Notes: generated by a model from the sequence alone, not told the origin. A stretch of 64,000 nucleotides of DNA from Minisyncoccota bacterium (GCA_041674925.1 JBAYUW010000001.1:5967-69966); one strand, 5' to 3'; shown: positions 22,469 through 31,963, counted from the stretch's first letter. Translations and numbers: made by a program.

Positions 22469-22879
22469 ATGAATTGTATTAACTGTGAGAGGGAGGCCAA
22501 GACACGACATCAAATAAAATTTTGTTCAAATAAGTGCCAATTAAATTATCAGTATAAAATTTATATTAAATCCTGGAAATCGGGTAAGCAAGACGGCAAT
22601 AAAGGTATTTTAACCAAGGGTATGTCGGGGCATATAAGGAAGTATTTAATTGAAAAATATGGAGAAGCTTGTTCTATTTGCGGTTGGGATGAAAGATATA
22701 CGATAACAGGAAAAGTACCACTTGAAATAGATCATATCGATGGTAATTCAGATAACAATAATGAATCAAATCTAAGACTTATTTGTCCAAATTGTCATGC
22801 TCTAACACCTCATTTCCGAAATCTAAATAAGGGCAAAGGTAGAAAATGGAGAATAGAAATGATTAGAAGAAATAAATAG
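22469..22879 (+). CDS. HNH endonuclease (free-standing)
   Basis: CxxC...CxxC zinc knuckles at the N-terminus, then LEIDHIDGNSDNNNESNLRLICPNCHA (HNH/His-Me finger). The ORF is open from TTG 22424, and ATG 22469 follows a TGGTATAAT box. Confidence 0.85.
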   Translation: MNCINCEREAKTRHQIKFCSNKCQLNYQYKIYIKSWKSGKQDGNKGILTKGMSGHIRKYLIEKYGEACSICGWDERYTITGKVPLEIDHIDGNSDNNNESNLRLICPNCHALTPHFRNLNKGKGRKWRIEMIRRNK

Positions 22880-22892
22880 CCCGAGAGGCGGC

Positions 22893-23570
22893 TCAGTTTT
22901 TCGGACTAGTACTTGTCGCCTTGGTCGAAGTGGCAGTTAGCCAAGCGGGAAGGGTTTTGGTTAGTTTATCTTTATCAACAAAACCGTTATAGACTTTATC
23001 ATTGATAACCAGGGTGGGCGCTGGACCTTTTAAGTCGTAAAGTGAGATCAAGGTCTTTAAAGCCGGATTGTCTAAATCATAATCAAAAGAGTAAATTCTT
23101 AAATTAGGATATTGTTCTCGCATGTAGGTCAGGACATAACCCTGCTGTTCACATTCAGGACAGTTGCCGGAATAAAAATATAAAATAAAGACCGGTTTGG
23201 TATTGCATTTCAAACTAATCTTTTTCATTAGTAAGTAATCTTTAATTTGAAGGAGGGTGTAATAAGTTTTTAGTCTAAGTAAATCACTGCTATTTTGATT
23301 TAAATTTTCTTCGGTGTAAGTGAGTTTCTGAGCAAAAGCATTCAATTCTTGAGAGAGGACAGTACCCGCTAAATCTTTACAAGTCGATTCAGCCAGTAAA
23401 TCATATTGGGTTTCTGATGACATGATGTCGGTGGCAATCTTATTTTGAATATCGTTGATACTGTCGATTTTTTTATTATTGAAATAATTGCTTAAGATGA
23501 TGGCGGTAATGAAAATAACCACAGTAATTAAAAAGGTGTAAAGATATTTTTTCCAATTCATGTTTTCCAT
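22893..23570 (-). CDS. membrane-anchored thioredoxin-fold protein (CxxC)
   Basis: N-terminal TM (YLYTFLITVVIFITAIILS). The extracytoplasmic domain has FYSGNCPECEQQGY (CPEC redox motif) in a Trx-like beta-alpha context. Confidence 0.6.
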   Translation of the reverse strand: MENMNWKKYLYTFLITVVIFITAIILSNYFNNKKIDSINDIQNKIATDIMSSETQYDLLAESTCKDLAGTVLSQELNAFAQKLTYTEENLNQNSSDLLRLKTYYTLLQIKDYLLMKKISLKCNTKPVFILYFYSGNCPECEQQGYVLTYMREQYPNLRIYSFDYDLDNPALKTLISLYDLKGPAPTLVINDKVYNGFVDKDKLTKTLPAWLTATSTKATSTSPKN

Positions 23571-23582
23571 TATGAAGACAGA

Positions 23583-24827
23583 TTAACGCCAGTTAGTATT
23601 TTTCGATACTAGCACATTGTAGACTGATTTCGCAAGCCACACCGGAGCGATAAATGGGTAGAGGATCAAAAAATATACGAGCTCTGCTCTTAATTTAAAT
23701 TTACCCTCAGATATTTTTCGTCCCAATAAAACCATCGTTAAGCCGATAATAAAGGTAGGAATGGCAACCATGGTTACAAGGCCGGTATCGATATAGAACC
23801 AATCAAAATTAAGATTGAAAGTTTTAAATAAAGAATTGAAATTTAAAGCTTGCCAATGACCAAACCATTCTTTTATCTTTATTCCGATTGCTAATAGAAA
23901 TGAACCAGCTAGCCATAAAGTTGAAAGAGTAGAAATAATCATAACTGGTAGAACAAAGAAGCCTAGATTACCTTGAGTTTTATTAAAGAATAGGTGTTTA
24001 TAATCGATTGTATTTTTCAAGAAACCATAAGTCCATCTGATGCGTTGAGTATATAGCTTGGAGAATTTATCAGGAGCAATAGTATAGACAAAGGCATCGT
24101 GAGCATTTTTTATCTTATAACCGTGAGTTTGCAAGCGCATCGCCATTTCCATGTCTTCAGTATTGTGGGCGTTACGATAAGGGCCTAAGTTTTGAAAAAC
24201 TTTTTTTCGGAAAAAAGAAAAAGGTCCAGGTGTGACATATAAAGCATCCAAGAAAGAGAGCATCTTTCTTAAAAAAATTCCCCAGTCATATTCCACTTTT
24301 TGGACTTTCCTGAGAATATTATTTGGTTGAAAGATTTTAATTGCGGGCGTGACAGCCATAGTTTCTGGATTTGAAAAATAAGCCACAATATTTTTTAGCG
24401 CATCCTGATCGACAAACGAATCAGCATCCAAACAGCCAATGATATCACTTTTTGATTTAGCAATCGCTAGGTTTAAAGCCGTGTGCTTGCCACCATTTTC
24501 TTTTTTGATCAATTCGACTTGCGGATGATCTTTATATTTTTGAATTAAACTCCAAGTATTGTCGGTACTGCCATCGTCAACCACCATGATATTTAATTTG
24601 TCTTTTGGATAGTCCAAGTTCAATAAAGATTCGATTGTCCCAAAAACGCTTTCTTCTTCGTTGTAGCAGGGGACCACAATTGTGGCGGTTGGGAGTCTGG
24701 TCAGAGTATTTGATTTTTTGCTCCTCATTTCTTCTTTATTCTCCAGGAACGTCAAAAGCAAGAAAATCTCAAAAAAAAGCGAGATAAAAAGAAAGAAACA
24801 AACAATTAAGCTTGGTAATTCCAACAT
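23583..24827 (-). CDS. processive family-2 glycosyltransferase (PgaC/IcaA/cellulose-chitin synthase-like)
   Basis: TIVVPCYNEE, VVDDGSTD, LDADS and the QRIRWTYG (QxxRW) motif, flanked by N- and C-terminal TM helices. Confidence 0.85.
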   Translation of the reverse strand: MLELPSLIVCFFLFISLFFEIFLLLTFLENKEEMRSKKSNTLTRLPTATIVVPCYNEEESVFGTIESLLNLDYPKDKLNIMVVDDGSTDNTWSLIQKYKDHPQVELIKKENGGKHTALNLAIAKSKSDIIGCLDADSFVDQDALKNIVAYFSNPETMAVTPAIKIFQPNNILRKVQKVEYDWGIFLRKMLSFLDALYVTPGPFSFFRKKVFQNLGPYRNAHNTEDMEMAMRLQTHGYKIKNAHDAFVYTIAPDKFSKLYTQRIRWTYGFLKNTIDYKHLFFNKTQGNLGFFVLPVMIISTLSTLWLAGSFLLAIGIKIKEWFGHWQALNFNSLFKTFNLNFDWFYIDTGLVTMVAIPTFIIGLTMVLLGRKISEGKFKLRAELVYFLILYPFIAPVWLAKSVYNVLVSKNTNWR

Positions 24828-24881
24828 AATTCAAGCTTACCATTTTTTCGGGTTTTATGCTAGAATCTAGTTTATAAATAT

Positions 24882-26024
24882 ATGTCCAAAGAAATCATCA
24901 TCAAAGATCAAAACGAGGCCAATTTATTAGCTAGTTTAGGGACGAGAACCGATATTAAAGCTGAGCGAGTTAAACGTTTATTAAAATTGCCTGATCTGAC
25001 AAAAAAGGCTAATTCGCCAGTTAAATTTTTGTTTGATCAAATTCTCACCTTGCCAAGATTTAAAGATTTTGATTTAGTGGATTTCCCACGTATTGTGACG
25101 GTCGCAGAGAATTTTGATTTATTGAATACTCCCAAGGATCATGTGAGCCGAAGAGAGACCGATACTTATTATGTTGATGATAGCCACGTCTTGCGCACAC
25201 AGATGACGGTGATGTGGTCGTACTATTTGAAAGATAAAGAGATTTTAAAAAAGTTGGAGACTGAAGGAGTGATCAAGGCGTTGTCAAAAGGAATTGTTTT
25301 TCGTAAAGATGAAATCGACCGTCATCATTTTCCCGCTTTTCATCAGATTGATGGTTTATATATTTGCAAAAAATCACAAAAGATTATCACCCTCGACGAT
25401 TTGAAAGAAGTGCAGATTGATATGGCTCAAGGGGTCTTGGGTAAAGAAATCGAATATAAATTTTTGGAAGATGCCTTTCCTTTTACGACCCCATCTTTGG
25501 AAATGGATGTGATGTTTAATGGTGATTGGATGGAGGTAAATGGTGCTGGTTTGGTCCACCCTCAAGTGTTGAAAAATTTTGGTTTGGATCCGGAAGTTTA
25601 TAATGGCTGGGCTTTTGGTTTTGGCGACCGCTTGGCGATGATTAAAATGGAGATTCCCGATATTCGTATTTTGTGGTCAGAAGATCCACGTATCACCTCG
25701 CAGTTTAAAGACATCAACAGTAAATTTAAAGCTGTCAGTAAATACCCAGAAACCTTCCGTGACATTTCCTTTGTGATTGATAAAAATATAAATCTCAATA
25801 ATTATTATGAAATCGTGCGCGATTTCGCCGAGAACTTGATTGAAGAAGTAAAACTAATTGACGAATACGAATCAGAAGAAAAATTCGGAGCTGGCAAGAA
25901 ATCTTACACATTTAGAATCGTGTATCGTTCCCACGAACGCACTTTGACCAACGACGAAGTCAATAAAATCCAAGATCAAATTATTGCTAAAACCAAGGGT
26001 GATTTACAGGCGGTGGTGAGATAA
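24882..26024 (+). CDS. pheS: phenylalanine--tRNA ligase, single-chain form (PheS catalytic core fused to FDX-ACB domain)
   Basis: Class II motifs FRKDEIDRHHFPAFHQIDG and GWAFGFGDRLAMIKMEIPDIR. The C-terminal YPETFRDISFVID...LIDEYESEEKFGAGKKSYTFRIVYRSHERTLTNDEV is the ferredoxin-fold anticodon-binding domain normally found at the end of PheT. Confidence 0.85.
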   Translation: MSKEIIIKDQNEANLLASLGTRTDIKAERVKRLLKLPDLTKKANSPVKFLFDQILTLPRFKDFDLVDFPRIVTVAENFDLLNTPKDHVSRRETDTYYVDDSHVLRTQMTVMWSYYLKDKEILKKLETEGVIKALSKGIVFRKDEIDRHHFPAFHQIDGLYICKKSQKIITLDDLKEVQIDMAQGVLGKEIEYKFLEDAFPFTTPSLEMDVMFNGDWMEVNGAGLVHPQVLKNFGLDPEVYNGWAFGFGDRLAMIKMEIPDIRILWSEDPRITSQFKDINSKFKAVSKYPETFRDISFVIDKNINLNNYYEIVRDFAENLIEEVKLIDEYESEEKFGAGKKSYTFRIVYRSHERTLTNDEVNKIQDQIIAKTKGDLQAVVR

Positions 26025-26070
26025 ATTTTCACTTCCTTTCCCTTAAAAAATTTGCTATAATACTGGCTAA

Positions 26071-28113
26071 ATGGCTAAAGAAAAAGAAGCTAAATATGGG
26101 GCGGATCAGATTACTGTGCTCGAAGGTTTGGAGCCAGTGCGACGACGTCCTGGTATGTATATTGGTACAACCGGCCCAGACGGCTTGCATCATTTGATTA
26201 CCGAAATTTTCGACAACTCTCGCGATGAAGCGATGGGTGGTTATGCTAATGATATTGAAGTCGTTCTTTTGCCGGGCAACCGAATCAGAATTACTGATAA
26301 TGGCCGAGGTATCCCAGTGGATGTGCACAAGCAGACTAAAGTTTCAGCCCTAGAAACTATCATGACCGTTTTGCACGCCGGAGGAAAATTCGGTGGTGAT
26401 GAGGGAAGTGGCTACAAAGTTTCTGGCGGTTTGCACGGGGTGGGTGCGTCGGTGGTAAATGCTCTGTCTATTTATATGAAAGTCACTGTCCACAAAGACG
26501 GTGGTGTTTATATGCAGGAATATTCCAAAGGCAAGCGAAAAGCACAAGTCAAAAAAATTGGCAGTACAAAATTTCACGGCACCATTGTTATGTTTGAACC
26601 TGATGCTGAAATATTTAAAGAAGGAACAGCTTTTGATCCAAACAAAGTCATTGCCCACATGCGACAGCAGGCCTATTTGGTAAAAGGTCTAAAAATTTCT
26701 GTTATTGACGCGCGAGAAGTGAAAGAAAAATTTGATGAAAGTGACGTCTTTTATTTCCGTGATCTTGGACTTGAAGCTTTGTCTCAATCCTTTTATTTCG
26801 AGGGCGGTTTATATTCCTTAATTAGATTTTACAATCAGTTCCAAAAACCGATTCATAAAAATATTTTTTATATTGAAAAGAAAACTGATCAAGTGGAATC
26901 AGTGGAAGTCGCGATGCAATATGTGGACGATATTTCGGCGCGCATCAGTGCTTTCGCCAACAATATTTCGACACCAGAAGGTGGAACACATTTGACTGGT
27001 TTTAAGGCAGCTTTGACTCGATCATTAAATGCGTATGGACGCAAAAATGGAATTATAAAAGACAGTGAGGATAATTTTACTGGTGACGATGTGCTCGAGG
27101 GATTGACGGCGGTGATTTCTGTTAAATTACGTGAGATTCAATTTGAAGGTCAGACCAAGGCGAAACTTGGAAGTGTGGAGGCGCGCGCAGCGGTGGAAGA
27201 TGTTTTCGGCACTGCTTTTGAAGCTTTCTTAGAAGAAAATCCAGAAGACGCCAGGGCGATAGTTCAAAAGGTAATTTTGGCCCTGAAGGCCCGTAAAGCG
27301 GCCAAGGCGGCAAAAGACTCTGTATTACGAAAAGGAGCACTTGAGGGTATGACCTTGCCAGGAAAGCTCGCAGATTGTCAGACCAATGATGCTTCGGAAT
27401 CTGAACTATTCATTGTAGAGGGAGATTCGGCCGGTGGTACGGCCAAGACTGGGCGTGATCGTCGCACTCAAGCCATCTTACCTTTGCGCGGAAAAATTCT
27501 GAACATTGAACGAGCGCGACTAGATAGAATGCTTGGCTCCGAACAAATTAAAAATCTAGTTTTGGCACTTGGTACAGCCATTGGTGATACGTTCAATCTA
27601 GAAAAATTACGTTATCACAAAGTAATTATCGCGACCGATGCCGACGTGGATGGAGCGCACATTCGCACCCTACTTTTGACTTTATTCTACCGATATTTCC
27701 GACCGTTAATTGATGGGGGATTTATTTACATCGCTCAACCACCTTTGTATAAAATTAAAAAAGGAAAGGAGATCACTTATGTCTATTCTGAAGAGGAAAA
27801 GACTAAAGTATTTGGTAAAGATATGCCAGCCGAAGAAGTTGAAATTATTTCTGAAGAAGCTGAGACGAAGGAGGATGAAAAAATTGAAAAATCTAACAAA
27901 ATACACGTTCAACGTTACAAAGGTCTTGGAGAAATGAACGCTGAAGAATTGTGGGAAACGACCATGGACCCAGAAGCTCGAGTCCTTAAACAAGTAAATA
28001 TTGATGACGCCGCCGAAGCTGATAAAATCTTTGATATGCTCATGGGAACTGATGTGCCAGCTCGAAAATCTTTCATTCAAAGCAACGCCAAGATGGCAAA
28101 TCTGGATATTTAG
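26071..28113 (+). CDS. gyrB: DNA gyrase subunit B
   Basis: LEGLEPVRRRPGMYIG, GGLHGVGASVVNALS, EGDSAGG, PLRGKILN, IATDADVDGAHI and QRYKGLGEM. Confidence 0.97.
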   Translation: MAKEKEAKYGADQITVLEGLEPVRRRPGMYIGTTGPDGLHHLITEIFDNSRDEAMGGYANDIEVVLLPGNRIRITDNGRGIPVDVHKQTKVSALETIMTVLHAGGKFGGDEGSGYKVSGGLHGVGASVVNALSIYMKVTVHKDGGVYMQEYSKGKRKAQVKKIGSTKFHGTIVMFEPDAEIFKEGTAFDPNKVIAHMRQQAYLVKGLKISVIDAREVKEKFDESDVFYFRDLGLEALSQSFYFEGGLYSLIRFYNQFQKPIHKNIFYIEKKTDQVESVEVAMQYVDDISARISAFANNISTPEGGTHLTGFKAALTRSLNAYGRKNGIIKDSEDNFTGDDVLEGLTAVISVKLREIQFEGQTKAKLGSVEARAAVEDVFGTAFEAFLEENPEDARAIVQKVILALKARKAAKAAKDSVLRKGALEGMTLPGKLADCQTNDASESELFIVEGDSAGGTAKTGRDRRTQAILPLRGKILNIERARLDRMLGSEQIKNLVLALGTAIGDTFNLEKLRYHKVIIATDADVDGAHIRTLLLTLFYRYFRPLIDGGFIYIAQPPLYKIKKGKEITYVYSEEEKTKVFGKDMPAEEVEIISEEAETKEDEKIEKSNKIHVQRYKGLGEMNAEELWETTMDPEARVLKQVNIDDAAEADKIFDMLMGTDVPARKSFIQSNAKMANLDI

Positions 28114-28141
28114 GGTATAATGATACTTGTAAGACAAGTAG

Positions 28142-30775
28142 ATGCGTTATTTTTCCAAATATAATCCAAAATCTTTTTTTGTTGTTGGTCTAATTATTTT
28201 TGCGTTAAGCTTTTTTCTATCAAGTAGTATTTTTGCTGAAGGTCCGGGTTGTACTGACCCTTTGGCAATCAATTACAATGCCACTTCGACTATCGAAAAC
28301 GGTACCTGTACCTATCCGACTTTAACTGTTTCGACCTTAGGATCGCAATTACCGTCATTTGAAACTCCGATGAATCTTGATTTAGGAGGAGCTTTTACTT
28401 TTCAAACAGATGAAGGGTCGGTTGTTGTTAATGAAATAACCATCAAGCAGGTTGGATCATTTCCAATTGAATCAATAGGTGATGTAGAACTCATTTATGC
28501 CGAAAGCTCTGGTGGTGTTTGTGAAGACGTTGCGCCTAGTGGATCCAGTTTGGGAGGCGGAAATTTCGAAGAGGGTAATATTGTGACGATAAATAATGGT
28601 GAACCGATGACCGTTAGCACCATTAAAGTCTGTCTTTATGTTGTCTATAATACTTTACCCGACTCGACCGAAGATTTGCTTGGTTATTCAATTGATTTTG
28701 AAATTTCAACAGCCGAAGATATTGTTTTGTCGGCCGCTTCAGCCAACATTGAGATGAACGCACCGCTTAATATATCCGGTGTCAGTATTTTAACTGATGG
28801 ATCCATTACTACTTCATTACTATCATTAAAAATGGCTGATGAGACCAAAGACCCAACCGTTTTTTATTTGAAAGATGATTCAATTTGGAAAAAAGCGGGT
28901 ACTGGTACATCTACCCGTCTTACTAATTCGAATCTAATTGTTCAAGCTTTGGATTTTGAGAGATTAACTCGCTCGATTGGTGAAGGAATTGTGAGGATGT
29001 CGCTAACTATGTCTAATGTGGCGACTGGCACACCAGCTAGTTATCTAAATTTTGCTAAAACTTATACTACAACCGCCAGCACCCGCTCTAATATTTCAGG
29101 CTCATCAGTTACCTCGGTTCACACTGAAATTCTGCCAGTAATTATTTTGTCTGGAACGGCTAGTACGACAATTACTGTTGGTGATTCATACACTGATGCC
29201 GGAGCAACCGCGGTTGATGCTCTTGGTGTAAATATCACAAGTCTGATTGTGACTGGTGGTTTACCAATTAGTACGGTCGCGACTGGCACTCATCAAGTTA
29301 CTTACAATGTCACCGATGCTTATGGTAACTCCGCCACTCCAAAGACTCGAACCGTCACCGTTATCGCTTCTGAAACTGTACCCGACGCTCCAACTATCGG
29401 CACCGCTACTGCTGGTAATGCTACTTCAACCATCACTTACACCGCACCAGGTAATGATGGCGGTTCTGCTATACTTTATTATACAGTCACTTCTTCTAGT
29501 ACTGGAGCAGTTATTTCAGCTACAACTACTTCTTCCACAACAGCTACATTAACTGGCCTAACAAACGGCACCGCCTATACATTTAGTGTAAAAGCGACCA
29601 ATGCCATCGGTACTAGTGCTTCATCTTCAGCTTCAAATCCTGTTACTCCTGCAACAGTTCCCGGAGCTCCAACAATCGGTACCGCGACTGCTGGTAACGC
29701 TACATCAACTGTCACTTACACAGCTCCAGTTTCTAATGGAGGCTCACCTATACTGTATTATACAGTTACTTCAAATCCCGGAAGTATTTCTGCGTCGACT
29801 ACCAGTTCAACAACTGCAACTGTGACTGGTTTAACCAACGACACCGCTTATACCTTTACTGTTACCGCAACAAATGCCGCCGGAATCTCTACCTCATCTT
29901 CGGCTTCAAACTCTGTTACTCCAACCGCTCCAGCAACTTTCATGGTGGCCACTTGCCCAGGTACTGAAACAAATGATGGAGATTATAAAGTATGTAAATT
30001 TACAAGCTCAGGAACATTTACTGTTACCACATTAGGTGATGGCCTGGTAGATGTATTAGTTGTCGGTGGTGGCGGTGGTGGAGGTGGATATAATTACGCA
30101 GGTGGTTCAGGTGGTGGTGGTGGTGGTGGATACACGTCTACTACAAGTCTATCAATTTCTCTGGCGGCTCATAGTGTCACCGTCGGTGCAGGGGGAAGTG
30201 CTGGATCAAATGGAGCCCATGGAAACTCGGGCGGTGCTTCTTCTTTCGGAAGTTACATTTCTGTCTTAGGTGGAGGTGGTGGTGGGCGTAGTCCATTAGT
30301 AGCTGAGCAAGCTCCGTCTGGTGGTTCAGGTGGAGGGGGTGGTGGAAAAAGTGGATCAAAAACATCAACAGGTGGTGCTGGTACGTCTGGTCAGGGTTAT
30401 GCTGGTGGTACAGGAAAAGGATCCGTTAACAGTGGAGATGGTGGTGGTGGAGGAGGAGCTGGCGGTGCTGGGCATTATCAAGCTGGTTATGCCAATGTAG
30501 ATGGAGGAGCTGGTAAGGCTAATAGTATCACTGGTACTTCACTTTATTACGCTGGTGGAGGGGGAGGAGGAGGTGTGTATATCGCCGGAGGATTAGGCGG
30601 TTCAAGTGTTGGCGGACGCGGTTCAGGGCGTATGGAAGATTTGAACTCTTCAACTCCAACCGCTAATCGTGGAGGTGGAGGTGGAGGTGGAGCGCAGGAC
30701 GATAGTCCTGCCGTTTGGAGACCCCCATCATCAGGTGCTGATGGAGTCGTTATTATTCGGTATAAATACAAATAA
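28142..30775 (+). CDS. large secreted surface protein: N-terminal beta-rich region, Ig-like (DUF5011/HYR-type) domain, 2 x fibronectin type III, C-terminal glycine-rich domain
   Basis: Signal/anchor FFVVGLIIFALSFFLSSSIFA. The Ig-like segment is GDSYTDAGATAVDA...GTHQVTYNVTDAYGNSA. Two 93-aa FN3 repeats read PTIGTATAGNATST.TYTAP...LYYTVTS...TGLTN.TAYTF.V.ATNA.G. A GGGGG-rich tail ends in DGVVIIRYKY. Confidence 0.8.
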   Translation: MRYFSKYNPKSFFVVGLIIFALSFFLSSSIFAEGPGCTDPLAINYNATSTIENGTCTYPTLTVSTLGSQLPSFETPMNLDLGGAFTFQTDEGSVVVNEITIKQVGSFPIESIGDVELIYAESSGGVCEDVAPSGSSLGGGNFEEGNIVTINNGEPMTVSTIKVCLYVVYNTLPDSTEDLLGYSIDFEISTAEDIVLSAASANIEMNAPLNISGVSILTDGSITTSLLSLKMADETKDPTVFYLKDDSIWKKAGTGTSTRLTNSNLIVQALDFERLTRSIGEGIVRMSLTMSNVATGTPASYLNFAKTYTTTASTRSNISGSSVTSVHTEILPVIILSGTASTTITVGDSYTDAGATAVDALGVNITSLIVTGGLPISTVATGTHQVTYNVTDAYGNSATPKTRTVTVIASETVPDAPTIGTATAGNATSTITYTAPGNDGGSAILYYTVTSSSTGAVISATTTSSTTATLTGLTNGTAYTFSVKATNAIGTSASSSASNPVTPATVPGAPTIGTATAGNATSTVTYTAPVSNGGSPILYYTVTSNPGSISASTTSSTTATVTGLTNDTAYTFTVTATNAAGISTSSSASNSVTPTAPATFMVATCPGTETNDGDYKVCKFTSSGTFTVTTLGDGLVDVLVVGGGGGGGGYNYAGGSGGGGGGGYTSTTSLSISLAAHSVTVGAGGSAGSNGAHGNSGGASSFGSYISVLGGGGGGRSPLVAEQAPSGGSGGGGGGKSGSKTSTGGAGTSGQGYAGGTGKGSVNSGDGGGGGGAGGAGHYQAGYANVDGGAGKANSITGTSLYYAGGGGGGGVYIAGGLGGSSVGGRGSGRMEDLNSSTPTANRGGGGGGGAQDDSPAVWRPPSSGADGVVIIRYKYK
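29378..29926 (+). repeat. tandem 279-nt (93-codon) FN3-encoding repeat, 2 copies
   Basis: Copy 1 starts GTACCCGACGCTCCAACTATCGGC at 29378 and copy 2 starts GTTCCCGGAGCTCCAACAATCGGT at 29657. Both are in frame and roughly three-quarters identical by eye. Confidence 0.8.
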
Positions 30776-30786
30776 AAATATAAATC

Positions 30787-30814
30787 AAAAAACCGAGATT
30801 AGTCTCGGTTTTTT
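30787..30814. terminator. bidirectional intrinsic terminator between convergent genes
   Basis: AAAAAACCGAGA-ttag-TCTCGGTTTTTT is a perfect 12-bp stem flanked by an A-run and a T-run. Confidence 0.85.
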
Positions 30815-30835
30815 GATTTGTTATTTGAGATATCT

Positions 30836-31963
30836 TTACTTCTTCTCCACAAACGACAAGCCCATTTTTTGATTTTTGACTTCTAAGAGGATGATCTTGA
30901 AAGTATAGCTTTTACCAAGTTCTAATTTTTCCTTCATATTCGCTTCAGAAGTAAATTCAGAAATATGAATTAAACCGGAGATTCCTTCCTCAATTGAGGC
31001 AAGAGCACCGTGCTTATTGAATTTAATAACCACACCCTTAACTTCATCACCTTTTTTATATTTCTTCTCAGCTTCTACCCAAGGATTCTCTTTCAAGGCT
31101 TTGATGGAGAGAGAAATCTTGCCATCTTTAACTTCAATTACTTTGACATTAATTTTCTCACCGACTTTGTATAGGGCGCGTGGATTTTCTACCAAAGTCC
31201 AATCGATCTCAGAAATGTGGACCAAGCCCTCAAGGCCATCTTCGATTCGCACAAAGATACCAAAGTCCACTAGACCAGTAACTTCAGCTTCAAAGATGTC
31301 ACCAACTTTGTGTTTATCCACCATTTTCTGCTTGCTTTTCTTTTCAATATTTTTCTCAGAGAAAATAAGTTTACCTTCTTTTGGTAGGGCAGTAATGATC
31401 GCGACAGAAATCTTTTGACCAACTAATTTTTTTAGTTCATCTAAAATCTTGTCTTTATCACCATCGTTTACGCGGGGATAATGCTCGGTTTTTAATTGAG
31501 AAGCAGGAAGGAAACCCTTGATCCCTTGCCAATTAATAATCAAACCACCTTTGTTAGCTTCTTCAACTGGCAATTCCAAAATAGTTTTGTTTTTAATCGC
31601 CACTTCGGCTTCGTCCCAAATCAAGGCTGTACGAGCTTCTTTTAGAGAAAGTTCAATATAACCATCGGCGTTGCCAGCATCAACCACCTTGGCCGATACC
31701 TTATCGCCAATATTTACTTTCTTGATAATGTCGCGGGCATTGATAAATTCCTTACCAAAAATAATACCAGTACCATATGGTGTAAGATTAATGTAAACCG
31801 CGGATTTTTCCACGCCAATCACATCACCCTCGACAACATCACCGACGCTCGGTGGGGTGGCACTAGTATCCACAATTTTAGTCATTAAACTGTCCTGTTT
31901 TAGTTTCAGGGCCTTTTCTTCAGCTGTGCTATCGTCAATTACTACTTTTGCTTTTTTTGCCAT
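30836..31963 (-). CDS. rpsA: 30S ribosomal protein S1 (four to five S1 domains)
   Basis: Repeated S1 OB-fold signatures: VGDVVEGDVIGVEKSAVYINL, GFLPASQL, VGDIFEAEVTGLVDFGIFVRIEDGLEGLVHISEI and GDEVKGVVIKFNKHGALASIEEGISGLIHISEF. Confidence 0.88.
   Translation of the reverse strand: MAKKAKVVIDDSTAEEKALKLKQDSLMTKIVDTSATPPSVGDVVEGDVIGVEKSAVYINLTPYGTGIIFGKEFINARDIIKKVNIGDKVSAKVVDAGNADGYIELSLKEARTALIWDEAEVAIKNKTILELPVEEANKGGLIINWQGIKGFLPASQLKTEHYPRVNDGDKDKILDELKKLVGQKISVAIITALPKEGKLIFSEKNIEKKSKQKMVDKHKVGDIFEAEVTGLVDFGIFVRIEDGLEGLVHISEIDWTLVENPRALYKVGEKINVKVIEVKDGKISLSIKALKENPWVEAEKKYKKGDEVKGVVIKFNKHGALASIEEGISGLIHISEFTSEANMKEKLELGKSYTFKIILLEVKNQKMGLSFVEKK

Noticed and set aside
27706-28137. 143-aa minus-strand ORF, and the 75-aa plus-strand alternative frame at 27710-27937
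   Set aside because: Both lie inside the conserved gyrB C-terminal region. They are K/F-rich out-of-frame translations.
29256-30771. Alternative-frame ORFs within the surface-protein gene (29256-29552, 29601-29825, 30060-30269 on +; 30177-30368 and the Pro-rich 30547-30771 on -)
   Set aside because: They are by-products of the repetitive T/S/A-rich and GGN-rich coding sequence. The Pro-rich minus ORF is simply the complement of the poly-Gly codons.
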